Positions 17,128-28,848 are shown, numbered from the stretch's first letter. The stretch is 64,000 nt of DNA from Actinomycetota bacterium (GCA_016870395.1 VGBT01000009.1:15306-79305), one strand, 5' to 3'. Notes: generated by a model from the letters alone, not told the origin. A program made the numbers and translations.

Positions 17128-18198
17128 GTGAAGCGCCTCCTCTCTCTTGTCGCGGTCGCGGTCGGTACGTCCCTGCTTGCTTCGGGCTGCTCGAGCCCGA
17201 CGGGAAGCGTCGCGGCTTCGGTCAATGGCACCGAGCTGAGCCGGGCCGACCTCGACGACCAGCTGAACGCGATCGCCGAGAACGAGAAGCTCGTCCAGAG
17301 CGCCGAGGCCGCGGGGTTCGAGATCACGCCCACGGACGGCGGATTCAGTGCCGTGCTGACTGCCGACTGGCTCACGCTGTGGGTGCAACAGGCCACCGTC
17401 GACGCCGAGTTCGAGCGTCGCGACCTGTTGCTCACCGATGCGGATCGCGACCTAGCCGAGAGCCTGGCGGCGCGGACCTTTGGGAACGACTCCGCGGTGT
17501 TCGCCGCGTTCCCCGAGTGGTTCCGCGACGACATGATCGACGCGTTCGCGCGACGTGTAGTGCTTTCCGGCGCGCTGACGGCCGAGGTCGAGCCCACCGA
17601 GGCCGAGCTGCTCCAGATCTACGACGCCAACAGGGACGTGTTCTGCCCCAGCGGCAAGCTCGTGTCGCACGTCCTCGTCGACACGCCGGAGGCTGCGGCG
17701 GCGATCGAGGCCGAGCTCGCCGGTGGCGCCGAGTTCGCCGAGCTCGCTCGGACCCGTTCCTCCGACACCGGCTCGGCGCCGGTCGGCGGTGTGCTCACCT
17801 GCATCGACTCTCAGGGCTGGTCCCAGTACGACCCGGCCTTTCAACAGGGTGCGGTCGCGCTGGCGGTCGGCGCGGTCTCCGAGCCGGTGCAGACCCAGTT
17901 CGGCTACCACGTGATCAAGGTCACCGACTTCAGCTTCGAGAACGCCCGGCCGTTCCTCGAGGCCGCGGTCCAGCAGCAGGACCCGGTCCCGGCGTTCGTC
18001 GCTCGCAAGACAGCCAAGAGCGACGTGACCGTCGACCCGCGCTACGGCAGGGTGGTGAGCGACGCCCAGGGCACGCGCATCGAGCCGCCCGCGACACCGG
18101 AGCCGCGAACCCGGCCGGCATTCGGTACGACGACCACCGCTGTCCCACTGCAGGGCGGGAGCCCCGAGGGCCCCGTCGGGGGCACCGGCAGTCCGTGA
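17128..18198 (+). CDS. lipoprotein peptidyl-prolyl cis-trans isomerase (parvulin/SurA-like)
   Basis: Lipobox LLASGC; parvulin core HVLVDTPEAA...FGYHVIKV. Confidence 0.85.
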   Translation: MKRLLSLVAVAVGTSLLASGCSSPTGSVAASVNGTELSRADLDDQLNAIAENEKLVQSAEAAGFEITPTDGGFSAVLTADWLTLWVQQATVDAEFERRDLLLTDADRDLAESLAARTFGNDSAVFAAFPEWFRDDMIDAFARRVVLSGALTAEVEPTEAELLQIYDANRDVFCPSGKLVSHVLVDTPEAAAAIEAELAGGAEFAELARTRSSDTGSAPVGGVLTCIDSQGWSQYDPAFQQGAVALAVGAVSEPVQTQFGYHVIKVTDFSFENARPFLEAAVQQQDPVPAFVARKTAKSDVTVDPRYGRVVSDAQGTRIEPPATPEPRTRPAFGTTTTAVPLQGGSPEGPVGGTGSP

Positions 18199-19706
18199 GC
18201 CCTCCGGGAGGGCGGATCGTCGTCGTCGGGCTCGGCCCGGGTGGGGTCGATCTGCTGCTCCCCGCGGCGCGCACCGCCATCGCGCGCATCAGGCGCCGCT
18301 ACGCGCGCACCGCGCGCCATCCGACCGTCGAGGAGCTCGCACGTCACGGGCTCGAGTGCACGCCCTTCGACGATCGTTACGAGTCGGCGGACGATTTCGA
18401 CGCGGTCTACCACCGGATCGTCGAAACGCTCGTGGCCGCCGCGGCCGAGCACGGCGAAATCTGCTACGCGGTGCCGGGCAGCCCGGGGGTCGCCGAGCGG
18501 ACGGTCGGCATGCTGCGCGAGGCCGCGGCGGCCGGGCGCGTGTCGCTCGACGTGATCCCGGGCCTGTCGTTCGCAGACCTCGCGTGGGTTCGCCTCGGCG
18601 TCGACCCGATGGAGGGTGCCCACGTCGTCGACGCGCAGGACTTTGCCATCGGCGCGGCGGGGCTCTCCGGCCCGCTGCTCATCGGTCACTGCATCAGCCG
18701 GCTCGTGTGCTCCGACGTGAAGCTCGCGCTGCTCGAGGTGCTGCCGCCCGACGCGCCGGTCACCGTGCTCCAGCGGCTCGGGCTCCCGGACGAGCGGGTG
18801 ACCACCGTGCCCCTCGAGGCGCTCGATCGCGATGTGGAGCCCGATCACCTGACCTCCGTGTTCGTAGACACCGGTCACGTGGCGGTCGCCGGGGAATTGG
18901 CGCGCCTTGTCGGCCTGGCCGAGCGGCTGCGCGGGCCCGGAGGCTGCCCCTGGGACGCCGAGCAGTCCCACCACTCGCTCGCGCGCTACCTCCTCGAGGA
19001 GGCATACGAGACGGTCGAGACGATCGAGGGCCTCCCGGCCGCGGCGCCTGGGGGTCCGCCCGACCTCGACGCCTACGCGCGCCTCGAGGACGAGCTCGGC
19101 GACCTGCTGTACCAGGTCGTGTTCCATGCGATCCTGGCTCGCGAGGCGGGCGTGTTCACGATGGCCGATGTCGCCCGGGGCATTCACGACAAGCTCGTGC
19201 GCCGCCACCCACACGTGTTCGGTTCGGCCGTCGCGGACACCGCCGCCGAGGTGCTCGCCAGCTGGGAGCAGCTCAAGAAGGCCGAGAAGGGGAGCGAGTC
19301 CCTGGTGGAGGGGATCAGTGCCGGCCTGCCGTCGCTGCTGTACGCGCACAAGCTCTACCGCAAGGCTGCGGCGGTCGGGCTCGATCCCGGGACCGCCGCC
19401 GAGGCGCTCGATCGGATCGCCGACGCGACCGCACGGCTGCGCGGCGCTGACATGGAGGCCGACGCGACCGGCACCGAGGCCGCGCTGGGCGATCTGCTCG
19501 CGGCGGCGGTGGTCGTGGCTCGCGCCCAAGGGGTCGACGCGGAGACCTCGCTACGGGGCTGGACCGCGCGTTTCCGGGATTGCTTCGTGCGCATGGAGCA
19601 TCTCGCGGCAAGTCGCGGCGTCGACCTCGCGTCGGCGCCCCCCGACGCGGTCGGCACACTGTGGCATCTCGCTGAGCGGCCCGGACACGATATGGATGGA
19701 GACTGA
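18195..19706 (+). CDS. mazG: MazG nucleoside triphosphate pyrophosphohydrolase with N-terminal tetrapyrrole-methylase-like domain (YabN-type)
   Basis: N-terminus VVVGLGPGG...YAVPGSPGVAE; MazG core GGCPWDAEQSHHSLARYLLEEAYE and second EExGDLL-like motif; GTG 18195 overlaps PPIase stop. Confidence 0.85.
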   Translation: MSPPGGRIVVVGLGPGGVDLLLPAARTAIARIRRRYARTARHPTVEELARHGLECTPFDDRYESADDFDAVYHRIVETLVAAAAEHGEICYAVPGSPGVAERTVGMLREAAAAGRVSLDVIPGLSFADLAWVRLGVDPMEGAHVVDAQDFAIGAAGLSGPLLIGHCISRLVCSDVKLALLEVLPPDAPVTVLQRLGLPDERVTTVPLEALDRDVEPDHLTSVFVDTGHVAVAGELARLVGLAERLRGPGGCPWDAEQSHHSLARYLLEEAYETVETIEGLPAAAPGGPPDLDAYARLEDELGDLLYQVVFHAILAREAGVFTMADVARGIHDKLVRRHPHVFGSAVADTAAEVLASWEQLKKAEKGSESLVEGISAGLPSLLYAHKLYRKAAAVGLDPGTAAEALDRIADATARLRGADMEADATGTEAALGDLLAAAVVVARAQGVDAETSLRGWTARFRDCFVRMEHLAASRGVDLASAPPDAVGTLWHLAERPGHDMDGD

Positions 19707-19718
19707 GCAGCGGTAAAC

Positions 19719-19751
19719 GGTGACCGAGCGGCGATCGCCGTCGCCGCTCAG
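19719..19751. repeat. hairpin repeat, family 2, copy A
   Basis: GGTGACCGAGCGGCGATCGCCGTCGCCGCTCAG; GAGCGGCGA/TCGCCGCTC perfect 9-bp stem; between convergent mazG and the minus-strand gene. Confidence 0.7.
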
Positions 19752-21952
<2,201 letters not shown>

Positions 21953-21987
21953 GGGAGACCGTCTCGTCGACCTCCTAGCATCGGGGG

Positions 21988-22434
21988 GTGCCCACCACTG
22001 CCGACGTCGAGAGCGTTTCCGCGTGTCTCGGGCGCGTGCCGCAGGGCGACTTCGAGGTCGCCGCGCGCGACGGGGCGGGCGCTCCCGTGGTGATCTGCAA
22101 CGCGCCGTTCCTGCGCGACGAGACGCCGATGCCGACCAGGTACTGGCTGGTGGACCCGGCGCTCAGCGCCGCGGTGGCGCGCCTCGAGGCGGAGGGCGGT
22201 GTCCGCGCGGCCGCGCTTGTTGTGGACCCGGAACACCTGGCCGACGCGCACCGCGCGTACGCTGCCGAGCGCGACGCGGCGATCCCCTGTGACCACGCCG
22301 GTCCCCGTCCCTACGGTGGCGTCGGCGGCACCCGGGTGGGGGTGAAGTGCCTGCATGCCCACTACGCCTGGTTCCTCGCCGGCGGCGACGACCCGGTCGG
22401 GCGCTGGGTCCACGAGCAGCTCGCGCGTCCATGA
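21988..22434 (+). CDS. DUF501 domain protein
   Basis: PTRYWLVDP, GVKCLHAHYAWFLAGGDDPVG; synteny. Confidence 0.8.
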   Translation: MPTTADVESVSACLGRVPQGDFEVAARDGAGAPVVICNAPFLRDETPMPTRYWLVDPALSAAVARLEAEGGVRAAALVVDPEHLADAHRAYAAERDAAIPCDHAGPRPYGGVGGTRVGVKCLHAHYAWFLAGGDDPVGRWVHEQLARP

Positions 22435-23354
22435 GGGTCGCGGCGATCGACATCGGTACCAACTCGACGCGCCTGCTCGTCGCCGAGGTGGCGTCGCGAG
22501 ACGGCGTCCTACGGACGCTCGACCGGCACATGACGATCACTCGTCTCGGTGAGGGCGTCGATTCCTCACGGCGACTCGCGCCTGCGGCCATCGAGCGCAC
22601 GCTGGCCGCGTTGCGAGCGTACCGGGAGGTCATCGACGCGATCGGAGGCGTCGAGCGCGTGCGTGCGATCGCGACCAGTGCTGCGCGCGATGCGCAGAAT
22701 CGGGACGACTTCTTCGGGCCGGCCGCAGGCGTGCTGGGCGTCGACCTCGAGCTGCTCTCGGGCGAGGAGGAGGCCGAGCTGTCGTTCCTCGGGGCGACCA
22801 CCGGGCTCTCGGGGATCGCCGAGCCGCCCTATCTCGTGGTCGACATCGGTGGCGGCTCCACCGAGTTCGTGGTCGGCACCGATCGGCCCGAGGGGCTCCG
22901 CTCTGTAGACCTCGGCTGCGTCCGCTGCACCGAGGCCTGGTTGCATGCCGATCCGCCGAGCGCCGAGGAGCTGAGCCAGGCCGTCCACGTGGTGCGCGAG
23001 CACCTCGCCGACGTGCGCCGGGAGGTGCCGGGAGTGAAAGACGCTCGCACCCTGATCGGGTTGGCGGGGACGGTCAGCACCTTCGCGGCGGTCGAGCAGG
23101 GTCTCGAGCGCTACGACCACGACCGGATCCACCACTTCCGGCTCAGCCGGGTGGCCGCCGAGGACGTGTTCCGAACGCTCGTCACGGAGCCGATCGAGCA
23201 ACGGCGCCACAATCCGGGCCTCGATCCCGGACGGGTCGACGTCATCGTGGGCGGTGCGGTCATCCTCGTCACGATCCTGCGTACCTTCGGCTTCTCGGAG
23301 GTGCTGGTCTCGGAGTCCGACATCCTCGACGGACTGGTCCGCAGCCTCGCCTGA
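22431..23354 (+). CDS. ppx: exopolyphosphatase / Ppx-GppA family phosphatase
   Basis: AAIDIGTNSTRLLVAEV, VVDIGGGSTEFV; ATG 22431 overlaps DUF501 stop (ATGA). Confidence 0.9.
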   Translation: MRVAAIDIGTNSTRLLVAEVASRDGVLRTLDRHMTITRLGEGVDSSRRLAPAAIERTLAALRAYREVIDAIGGVERVRAIATSAARDAQNRDDFFGPAAGVLGVDLELLSGEEEAELSFLGATTGLSGIAEPPYLVVDIGGGSTEFVVGTDRPEGLRSVDLGCVRCTEAWLHADPPSAEELSQAVHVVREHLADVRREVPGVKDARTLIGLAGTVSTFAAVEQGLERYDHDRIHHFRLSRVAAEDVFRTLVTEPIEQRRHNPGLDPGRVDVIVGGAVILVTILRTFGFSEVLVSESDILDGLVRSLA

Positions 23355-23396
23355 GATTCCGCTCAACCCGGTCGGCGCACCGGTCGTTTTAGGACC

Positions 23397-23774
23397 GTGG
23401 ACCTCGACGGGTTCCTCACCGGCTTGACCCGGCTCACGGCTGACGACCTGATGGCGGTCGCGCACGCGATCGACACCGCGCACGCCACCGTCGCCGACGA
23501 GGTGGAGGCGTGGGAGGACATGATGTGCGTCGACGGCGTGCTGCGCCGCTCGGGGCGCTCGCGTTTGGCAGCGCGGGCAGCTCACGACGCGGTGCAGGCC
23601 GTGCGGCTTGCGGTTGGCAACGCCGATGCCACAGTGAAGCTCGACGACACCGTCGTGGTCCGGGTCGCGCGTGAGGCCGCGCTGTTCGCCCGTGCGCTCG
23701 TCGCCGGCGAGGGCGCCGATCGCGCGGTCGCGCACCTCATGCCCGAGTGGGGGCGCATCAAGACTGCGGCCTGA
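23397..23774 (+). CDS. hypothetical protein
   Basis: ORF with non-degenerate composition in the same direction as neighbours; no recognisable motif. Confidence 0.45.
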   Translation: MDLDGFLTGLTRLTADDLMAVAHAIDTAHATVADEVEAWEDMMCVDGVLRRSGRSRLAARAAHDAVQAVRLAVGNADATVKLDDTVVVRVAREAALFARALVAGEGADRAVAHLMPEWGRIKTAA

Positions 23775-23802
23775 GCGCCGTTGGGCCGCGACCTACGATG
23801 CC

Positions 23803-24897
23803 GTGGTGTCGCTGAGCGATCGACTCCTGCTGGGCCCCGGTCCGTCCAACCCCTATCCCGAGGTCGCCGAGGCGCTCGCCCGCCCACTGCTCGGGCATCT
23901 CGACCCCGAGTTCCTCACGCTGCTCGACGAGACCTGCGACCGGTTGCGCAGCGTGTTCCTCACCCAAAACGAGCTCACGCTGCCGATCTCGGGTACGGGC
24001 TCGGCGGGCATGGAGGCGTGCTTCGTCAACCTGCTCGAGCCGGGAGACACCGCGATCGTCGGCGTGAACGGTGTGTTCGGGGAGCGCATGTGCGAGGTCG
24101 CCCGCCGGTGTGGCGCCGACGTCGTGCGGGTGGAGGCAACGTGGGGCACCGAGATCGACCCGCAGCGCCTGCTCGAAGCGCAGCATGCCTCGCCGCACGC
24201 CCGAGTGCTCGCCGTCGTGCACGCCGAGACCTCGACCGGGGTGGAGAACGAGATCGTGCCGCTCCGGGCACTGGCCGACACCGACACGCTCCTGCTGGTC
24301 GACGCGGTCACCTCGCTGGCAGGGATCCCGGTCGACGTCGACGGCTGGGGTATCGACGCGTGCTACTCGGCGACCCAGAAGTGCCTCGGCGTGCCGCCGG
24401 GGCTTGCCCCCGTCACGTTCTCGGCGCGCGCGGTCGAGCGCATCCGGGCGCGAAGCGTTCCGCCGCAGTCCTGGTACCTGGACCTCGGGCTCATCGGCGA
24501 CTACGTCGGTGGCGCGCGCAAGTACCACCACACGGCGCCCACCGCCATGGTCGCGGCGTTGCACGCGGGGCTCGGCGCGGTGCTCGACGAGGGGCTCGAC
24601 TCGACCTGGACCCGCCATCGCACCCTCGGTGCTCGACTGCAGCCGGCGCTCGCGGACCTCGGCTTCACGCTGGTCGCCCCCGAGGGGCACCGGCTGCCGC
24701 AGCTGACCTCGGCGAGACTTCCGACCGGCCTCGACGAGACGGCGCTACGCAAGGAGCTGTTGGTCCGCTACGGCATCGAGGTGGGCGGAGGGCTCGGTGA
24801 GCTCGCGGGCGTGGCATGGCGCATCGGGCTGATGGGCCACTCGGCGCGGGACCGGTCGGTCACCACCCTCCTCGGCGCGTTGCGCGAGCTCCTCTGA
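23803..24897 (+). CDS. class V aminotransferase (alanine-glyoxylate / serine-pyruvate aminotransferase-like)
   Basis: LLLGPGPSNPYPEV, ISGTGSAGMEA, YSATQKCLGVPPGLAP (PLP lysine motif); start GTG 23803/23806. Confidence 0.85.
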   Translation: MVSLSDRLLLGPGPSNPYPEVAEALARPLLGHLDPEFLTLLDETCDRLRSVFLTQNELTLPISGTGSAGMEACFVNLLEPGDTAIVGVNGVFGERMCEVARRCGADVVRVEATWGTEIDPQRLLEAQHASPHARVLAVVHAETSTGVENEIVPLRALADTDTLLLVDAVTSLAGIPVDVDGWGIDACYSATQKCLGVPPGLAPVTFSARAVERIRARSVPPQSWYLDLGLIGDYVGGARKYHHTAPTAMVAALHAGLGAVLDEGLDSTWTRHRTLGARLQPALADLGFTLVAPEGHRLPQLTSARLPTGLDETALRKELLVRYGIEVGGGLGELAGVAWRIGLMGHSARDRSVTTLLGALRELL

Positions 24898-24912
24898 CCG
24901 ATCGGGAGGCGC

Positions 24913-25182
24913 TCAGCCATCGACGAAGTTCTGCGGGAGCGCGTTGAGGCCCAGGCCGAGGAGCGCCCCTACCACCCCGGCGCCGACCACCCACCAGCCG
25001 AGGCGCTCGCCCTTCCGGACGGCGACCAACCCGAGGATGATCCCGATGCCGCCGAGCAGCGGCGGGAACACCCAGATCGCGAACGCGGCGAAGGCGAAGC
25101 CGAGGACGAGCACCACCCGACCGGGCGGTGGGCCCTGGTTGGGTGTGACCGGTGGACGGGGCGAGGGGTCGGTCGGTGCCAT
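24913..25182 (-). CDS. small membrane protein (Pro-rich N-terminus, two TM segments)
   Basis: Hydrophobic segments VVLVLGFAFAAFAIWVF and GIGIILGLVAV...WWVVGAGVVGALLGLGL. Confidence 0.55.
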   Translation of the reverse strand: MAPTDPSPRPPVTPNQGPPPGRVVLVLGFAFAAFAIWVFPPLLGGIGIILGLVAVRKGERLGWWVVGAGVVGALLGLGLNALPQNFVDG

Positions 25183-25186
25183 TCGT

Positions 25187-25654
25187 CTAGGCCGGGGTGG
25201 CCTCGGCGACGGCCGCGAGCCGCTCGAGCGTTGCGGCCATCCCGGCCCGGTTGTGCTCCGCCCGGTCGGCGACGCCGCTCACCGGCCCGCCCAGCTTCTT
25301 CGCGAACCAGCCCCGCCGGTCGGTCCAGGTCTCGGTCACGCGACAGCCCGTCGCGGTGGGCTGGAAGCGATACGACCAGTCGGCGATCCCGAGCCCGACC
25401 GCCGAGACGTGGAAGGTGAACACCTCGCCCGGCTCGCACTCGATCACCTTGCAGGCCGTCGACCACGTGCGCTTGCTGTTCGCGTTGACGCCTTTGAACC
25501 GCGCCCCGACCGCGGGGCCGGTTGCACCACCGGTCCACGTGCACGACGTGGTCTCCGGCGACCACTCGCCCATCCGGGTCACGTCGGAGGCCATGGCCCA
25601 CACGACCTCGGCCGGCGCGGCGATATCACGTTCGACGCTGATCTGCTCGGTCAT
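25187..25654 (-). CDS. SRPBCC (START/polyketide-cyclase-like) family protein
   Basis: ISVERDIAAPAEVVWAMASDVTRMGEWSPE; GAGGAG RBS before ATG 25654; 4 nt downstream of orn. Confidence 0.8.
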   Translation of the reverse strand: MTEQISVERDIAAPAEVVWAMASDVTRMGEWSPETTSCTWTGGATGPAVGARFKGVNANSKRTWSTACKVIECEPGEVFTFHVSAVGLGIADWSYRFQPTATGCRVTETWTDRRGWFAKKLGGPVSGVADRAEHNRAGMAATLERLAAVAEATPA

Positions 25655-25658
25655 CTCC

Positions 25659-26240
25659 TCAATCCTTCGGGACGAGCATGTGCTCGCGGTAGTAGCGGAG
25701 CTCCTCGATCGACTCGCGGATGTCGTCGAGCGCGCGGTGGCTCTCCTTCTTGTTCGGCCGCTTCCTGTACACGGCCGGGTACCAGCGCCGGCACAACTCC
25801 TTGAGCGAGCTGACATCGATGCTGCGGTAGTGCAGGTAGTGGTCGACCTCGGGAAGGTAGCGGTCGAGGAACCGGCGGTCCACGCCGATCGAGTTGCCGC
25901 AGAGCGGGGCGGTGGTGGGCTCGGGCACGTGGCTGGCAAGGTACTCGAGCACCTGCGCCCCGGCTGTGGCCAGCGACAGCGCGGACGCCTCAATCTGTGC
26001 GAGCAGGCCCGAGCGGGTGTGCATCTTGCGCACGAAGTCGTCCATCTCGGCGAGCTCGGCAGCGGTGGCGTGAAGGACGAGGTCGAGTCCGTCGTCGACC
26101 ACCACGAGCTCGGGGTCGGTGACGAGCACCGCGATCTCGACGATCGTGTGCCGGGTCATGTCGAGGCCGGTCATCTCGAGGTCGATCCACACGAGGGGGT
26201 CGACCACACGACCGGGCGGCGGGCTGTCGGTGGCGACCAT
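25659..26240 (-). CDS. orn: oligoribonuclease
   Basis: LVWIDLEMTGLD, GNSIGVDRRFL, HRALDDIRESIEELRYYR (DEDDh exonuclease motifs). Confidence 0.9.
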   Translation of the reverse strand: MVATDSPPPGRVVDPLVWIDLEMTGLDMTRHTIVEIAVLVTDPELVVVDDGLDLVLHATAAELAEMDDFVRKMHTRSGLLAQIEASALSLATAGAQVLEYLASHVPEPTTAPLCGNSIGVDRRFLDRYLPEVDHYLHYRSIDVSSLKELCRRWYPAVYRKRPNKKESHRALDDIRESIEELRYYREHMLVPKD

Positions 26241-26282
26241 GCGGGGAACCCTACGCTGCCGGCGCCGGTAACCTCTGCGCCC

Positions 26283-28226
26283 GTGTTGGGATCGCGAGGG
26301 TGGCGGCCGACGCCGGTCGAAGCCGCGCAGACGAACGTGGGCCGGTTCATGGCCGAGCACGGCATCTTCGACCTGGCCGACCTGCGCCGGCGTTCCGTCG
26401 ACGACCCGGAGTGGTTCTGGGACGCGTTCGTGCGCTTCGCGGGCATCGAGTTCTCCACGCCCTACACCGCGGTGCTCGACACCTCGCGTGGCATCGAGTG
26501 GGCCACGTGGTTCGACGGTGGCCGGATGAACGCGGCCAAGAGCTGTGTCGACAAGTGGGCGCAGCGCGCCGACGGGCGCGATCGCGTCGCCGTCTCGTGG
26601 GAGGGCGAGGAGGGTGAGGTCCGCTCGCTCACGTTCGCCCGGCTCCAGGAGCTGACCGACCGGATCGCCCACGGCCTCGCCGCGCGCGGAATCGGAGAGG
26701 GTGATGCCGTCGGCGTCTTCCTGCCGATGCTTCCCGAGACCGTCGCGACCGTGATGGCGATCGCCAAGCTCGGCGCGATCTTCCTGCCGGTGTTCTCCGG
26801 GTACGGCGCCGAGGCGGTTGCGATCCGGCTCCGCGACGGCGGTGCGAAGGCGCTGGTCACCGCCGACGGCACCACGCGACGCGGCCGGCTCGTGCCGATG
26901 AAGGAGACTGCCGACGAGGCCGCCGCGATGACGCCGGGGATCGAGACCGTGGTCGTCGTTCCGAGGCTCGGACGAGCCGACGTCGCCATGACCGCGGGGC
27001 GGGACCTCACGCTCGATCAGCTCACGGCCCTCGGACCCGGGATTCCGTTCCCGACGCGCGCGCTCGACGCGGAGCATCCGCTGTTCGTCGCGTACACGAG
27101 TGGGACCACAGGTCGCCCCAAGGGTGCCGTGCACGTGCACGCGGGCTTTCTCGTGAAGATCGCTGAGGAGGCGGGCTTCCAGGCCGACTGCCGCCGCGGC
27201 GACGTCCTCTTCTGGCTGACCGACCTCGGCTGGATCATGGGCCCGTGGCAGATCTTCGGCACGCTCGCATGGGGCGCGACCGTGTTCTGCTACGACGGCG
27301 CCCCCGACCATCCCGGTCCCGACCGGCTCTGGTCGATGGTGGAGCGCCACCGCATCACGATCCTCGGAGTGTCGCCCACCCTGGTGCGCTCGCTCCTGGT
27401 GCACGGCGACGATCTCGTGACCGGCCGCGACCTCTCGAGCCTGCGGGTGCTCTGCTCCACGGGCGAGCCGTGGAACGAGGGCCCCTGGCAGTGGTACTTC
27501 GACGTCGTCGGCGCGGGGCGCTGCCCGGTGATCAACGTGAGTGGCGGCACCGAGGTGGGCTGCTTCCTTGCACCCCACCCGGTCGAGGAGATCGCGCCGT
27601 GCTCGCTCGGGGGACCTGCCCTCGGATGCGCGGTAGACGTCGTCGACGACGAGTGCCGGCCGGTGCGAGGTGTCGTAGGCGAGCTGGTGTGCCGCGCGCC
27701 GTGGCCCGCGATGACGCGCGGGATGTGGAACGACCCCGACCGTTACCTCGAGACGTACTGGTCGCGCTGGCCCGGCGTGTGGTGGCACGGCGACTGGGCC
27801 TCGATCGACGAGAACGGTCAGTGGTACCTGCACGGGCGCTCCGATGACACGATCAAGCTGGCCGGCAAGCGGCTCGGTCCCGCGGAAGTCGAGACCGTCC
27901 TCGTCGAGCACCCCGCCGTGGTGGAGGCGGCGGCCGTCGGGTTGCCCGACGCGCTCAAGGGAGAGGCGCTGGCTTGCTACGTGGTGCTCGCGCCCGGGGC
28001 GATCGCCGACGATGTGCTGCGCGCCGAGCTGGGCGGGCTGGTCGCCGATCGGCTGGGAAAGTCGTTCCGGCCGTCGGCGGTGCGGTTCACGAGCGTCCTT
28101 CCGAAGACGCGTAGCAACAAGGTGATGCGCCGCGCGATTCGCGCGGTCGCGCTCGGCGAGGAGCCCGGTGACCTCTCGGGACTCGAGGATCCAGCTGCCC
28201 TCGAAGCGATCGCGGGCGCGAGGTGA
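26283..28226 (+). CDS. AMP-forming acetyl/acyl-CoA synthetase (Acs family)
   Basis: DPEWFW, WFDGGRMNAAKSCVD, YTSGTTGRPKG, HGRSDDTIKLAGKRLGPAEVE; start GTG 26283 inferred. Confidence 0.85.
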   Translation: MLGSRGWRPTPVEAAQTNVGRFMAEHGIFDLADLRRRSVDDPEWFWDAFVRFAGIEFSTPYTAVLDTSRGIEWATWFDGGRMNAAKSCVDKWAQRADGRDRVAVSWEGEEGEVRSLTFARLQELTDRIAHGLAARGIGEGDAVGVFLPMLPETVATVMAIAKLGAIFLPVFSGYGAEAVAIRLRDGGAKALVTADGTTRRGRLVPMKETADEAAAMTPGIETVVVVPRLGRADVAMTAGRDLTLDQLTALGPGIPFPTRALDAEHPLFVAYTSGTTGRPKGAVHVHAGFLVKIAEEAGFQADCRRGDVLFWLTDLGWIMGPWQIFGTLAWGATVFCYDGAPDHPGPDRLWSMVERHRITILGVSPTLVRSLLVHGDDLVTGRDLSSLRVLCSTGEPWNEGPWQWYFDVVGAGRCPVINVSGGTEVGCFLAPHPVEEIAPCSLGGPALGCAVDVVDDECRPVRGVVGELVCRAPWPAMTRGMWNDPDRYLETYWSRWPGVWWHGDWASIDENGQWYLHGRSDDTIKLAGKRLGPAEVETVLVEHPAVVEAAAVGLPDALKGEALACYVVLAPGAIADDVLRAELGGLVADRLGKSFRPSAVRFTSVLPKTRSNKVMRRAIRAVALGEEPGDLSGLEDPAALEAIAGAR

Positions 28227-28834
28227 GGCGGCACGAGGGTCCGGTGCTCGTGGGGCCGCGAGTGATGCTGCGGCCGTTGTGCAACCGGGACTTCTCGGCC
28301 TGGTGCGAAGTGCGAACACGCAGTCGCGCGTGGCTCAAGCCGTGGGAGCCGCGTCCGGAGCCGGGTACGGCCGATCCGTCCGTCGACGGCGACGCGTTCG
28401 GTCGGCGGTGTCGGACGTGGGATCGCCAGCGTCAGTTCGACGCCGCGTACGGCTTCGGACTGTTCCTGCGCGAGGGCGAGCGGTTCGCGGGCGAGGTGAC
28501 TCTCGGCAGCGTGCAGCGCGGCCCGTTTCAGTCTGCCTCCGTCGGCTACTGGATCGACGAGGCCTGCGCCGGCCACGGGTACGTGCCCGAAGGGGTCGCG
28601 CTGCTCATGCGACATGCGTTCGACGACCTGCACCTGCACCGGCTCGAGGCGGCCATCGTCCCCCGCAACGGCGCGAGCCGCCGCGTGGTCGAGAAGCTCT
28701 GCCTGCGCGAGGAGGGCATCGCCGAGCGGTTTCTCCAGATCGACGGGGTCTACGAGGACCACGTCCGCTACGCGATCACGGTGGAGGAATGGGCGACGCG
28801 GCGGGATGAGATCGAGGCGCGCTTCGTGCGCTGA
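28223..28834 (+). CDS. GNAT family N-acetyltransferase (RimJ/RimL-like)
   Basis: LRPLCNRDFSAW..., GYWIDEACAGHGYVPEG, LHRLEAAIVPRNGASRRVVEKL; GTG 28223 overlaps synthetase stop (GTGA). Confidence 0.85.
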   Translation: MRRHEGPVLVGPRVMLRPLCNRDFSAWCEVRTRSRAWLKPWEPRPEPGTADPSVDGDAFGRRCRTWDRQRQFDAAYGFGLFLREGERFAGEVTLGSVQRGPFQSASVGYWIDEACAGHGYVPEGVALLMRHAFDDLHLHRLEAAIVPRNGASRRVVEKLCLREEGIAERFLQIDGVYEDHVRYAITVEEWATRRDEIEARFVR

Positions 28835-28848
28835 CGGCGCGGCCGAGC

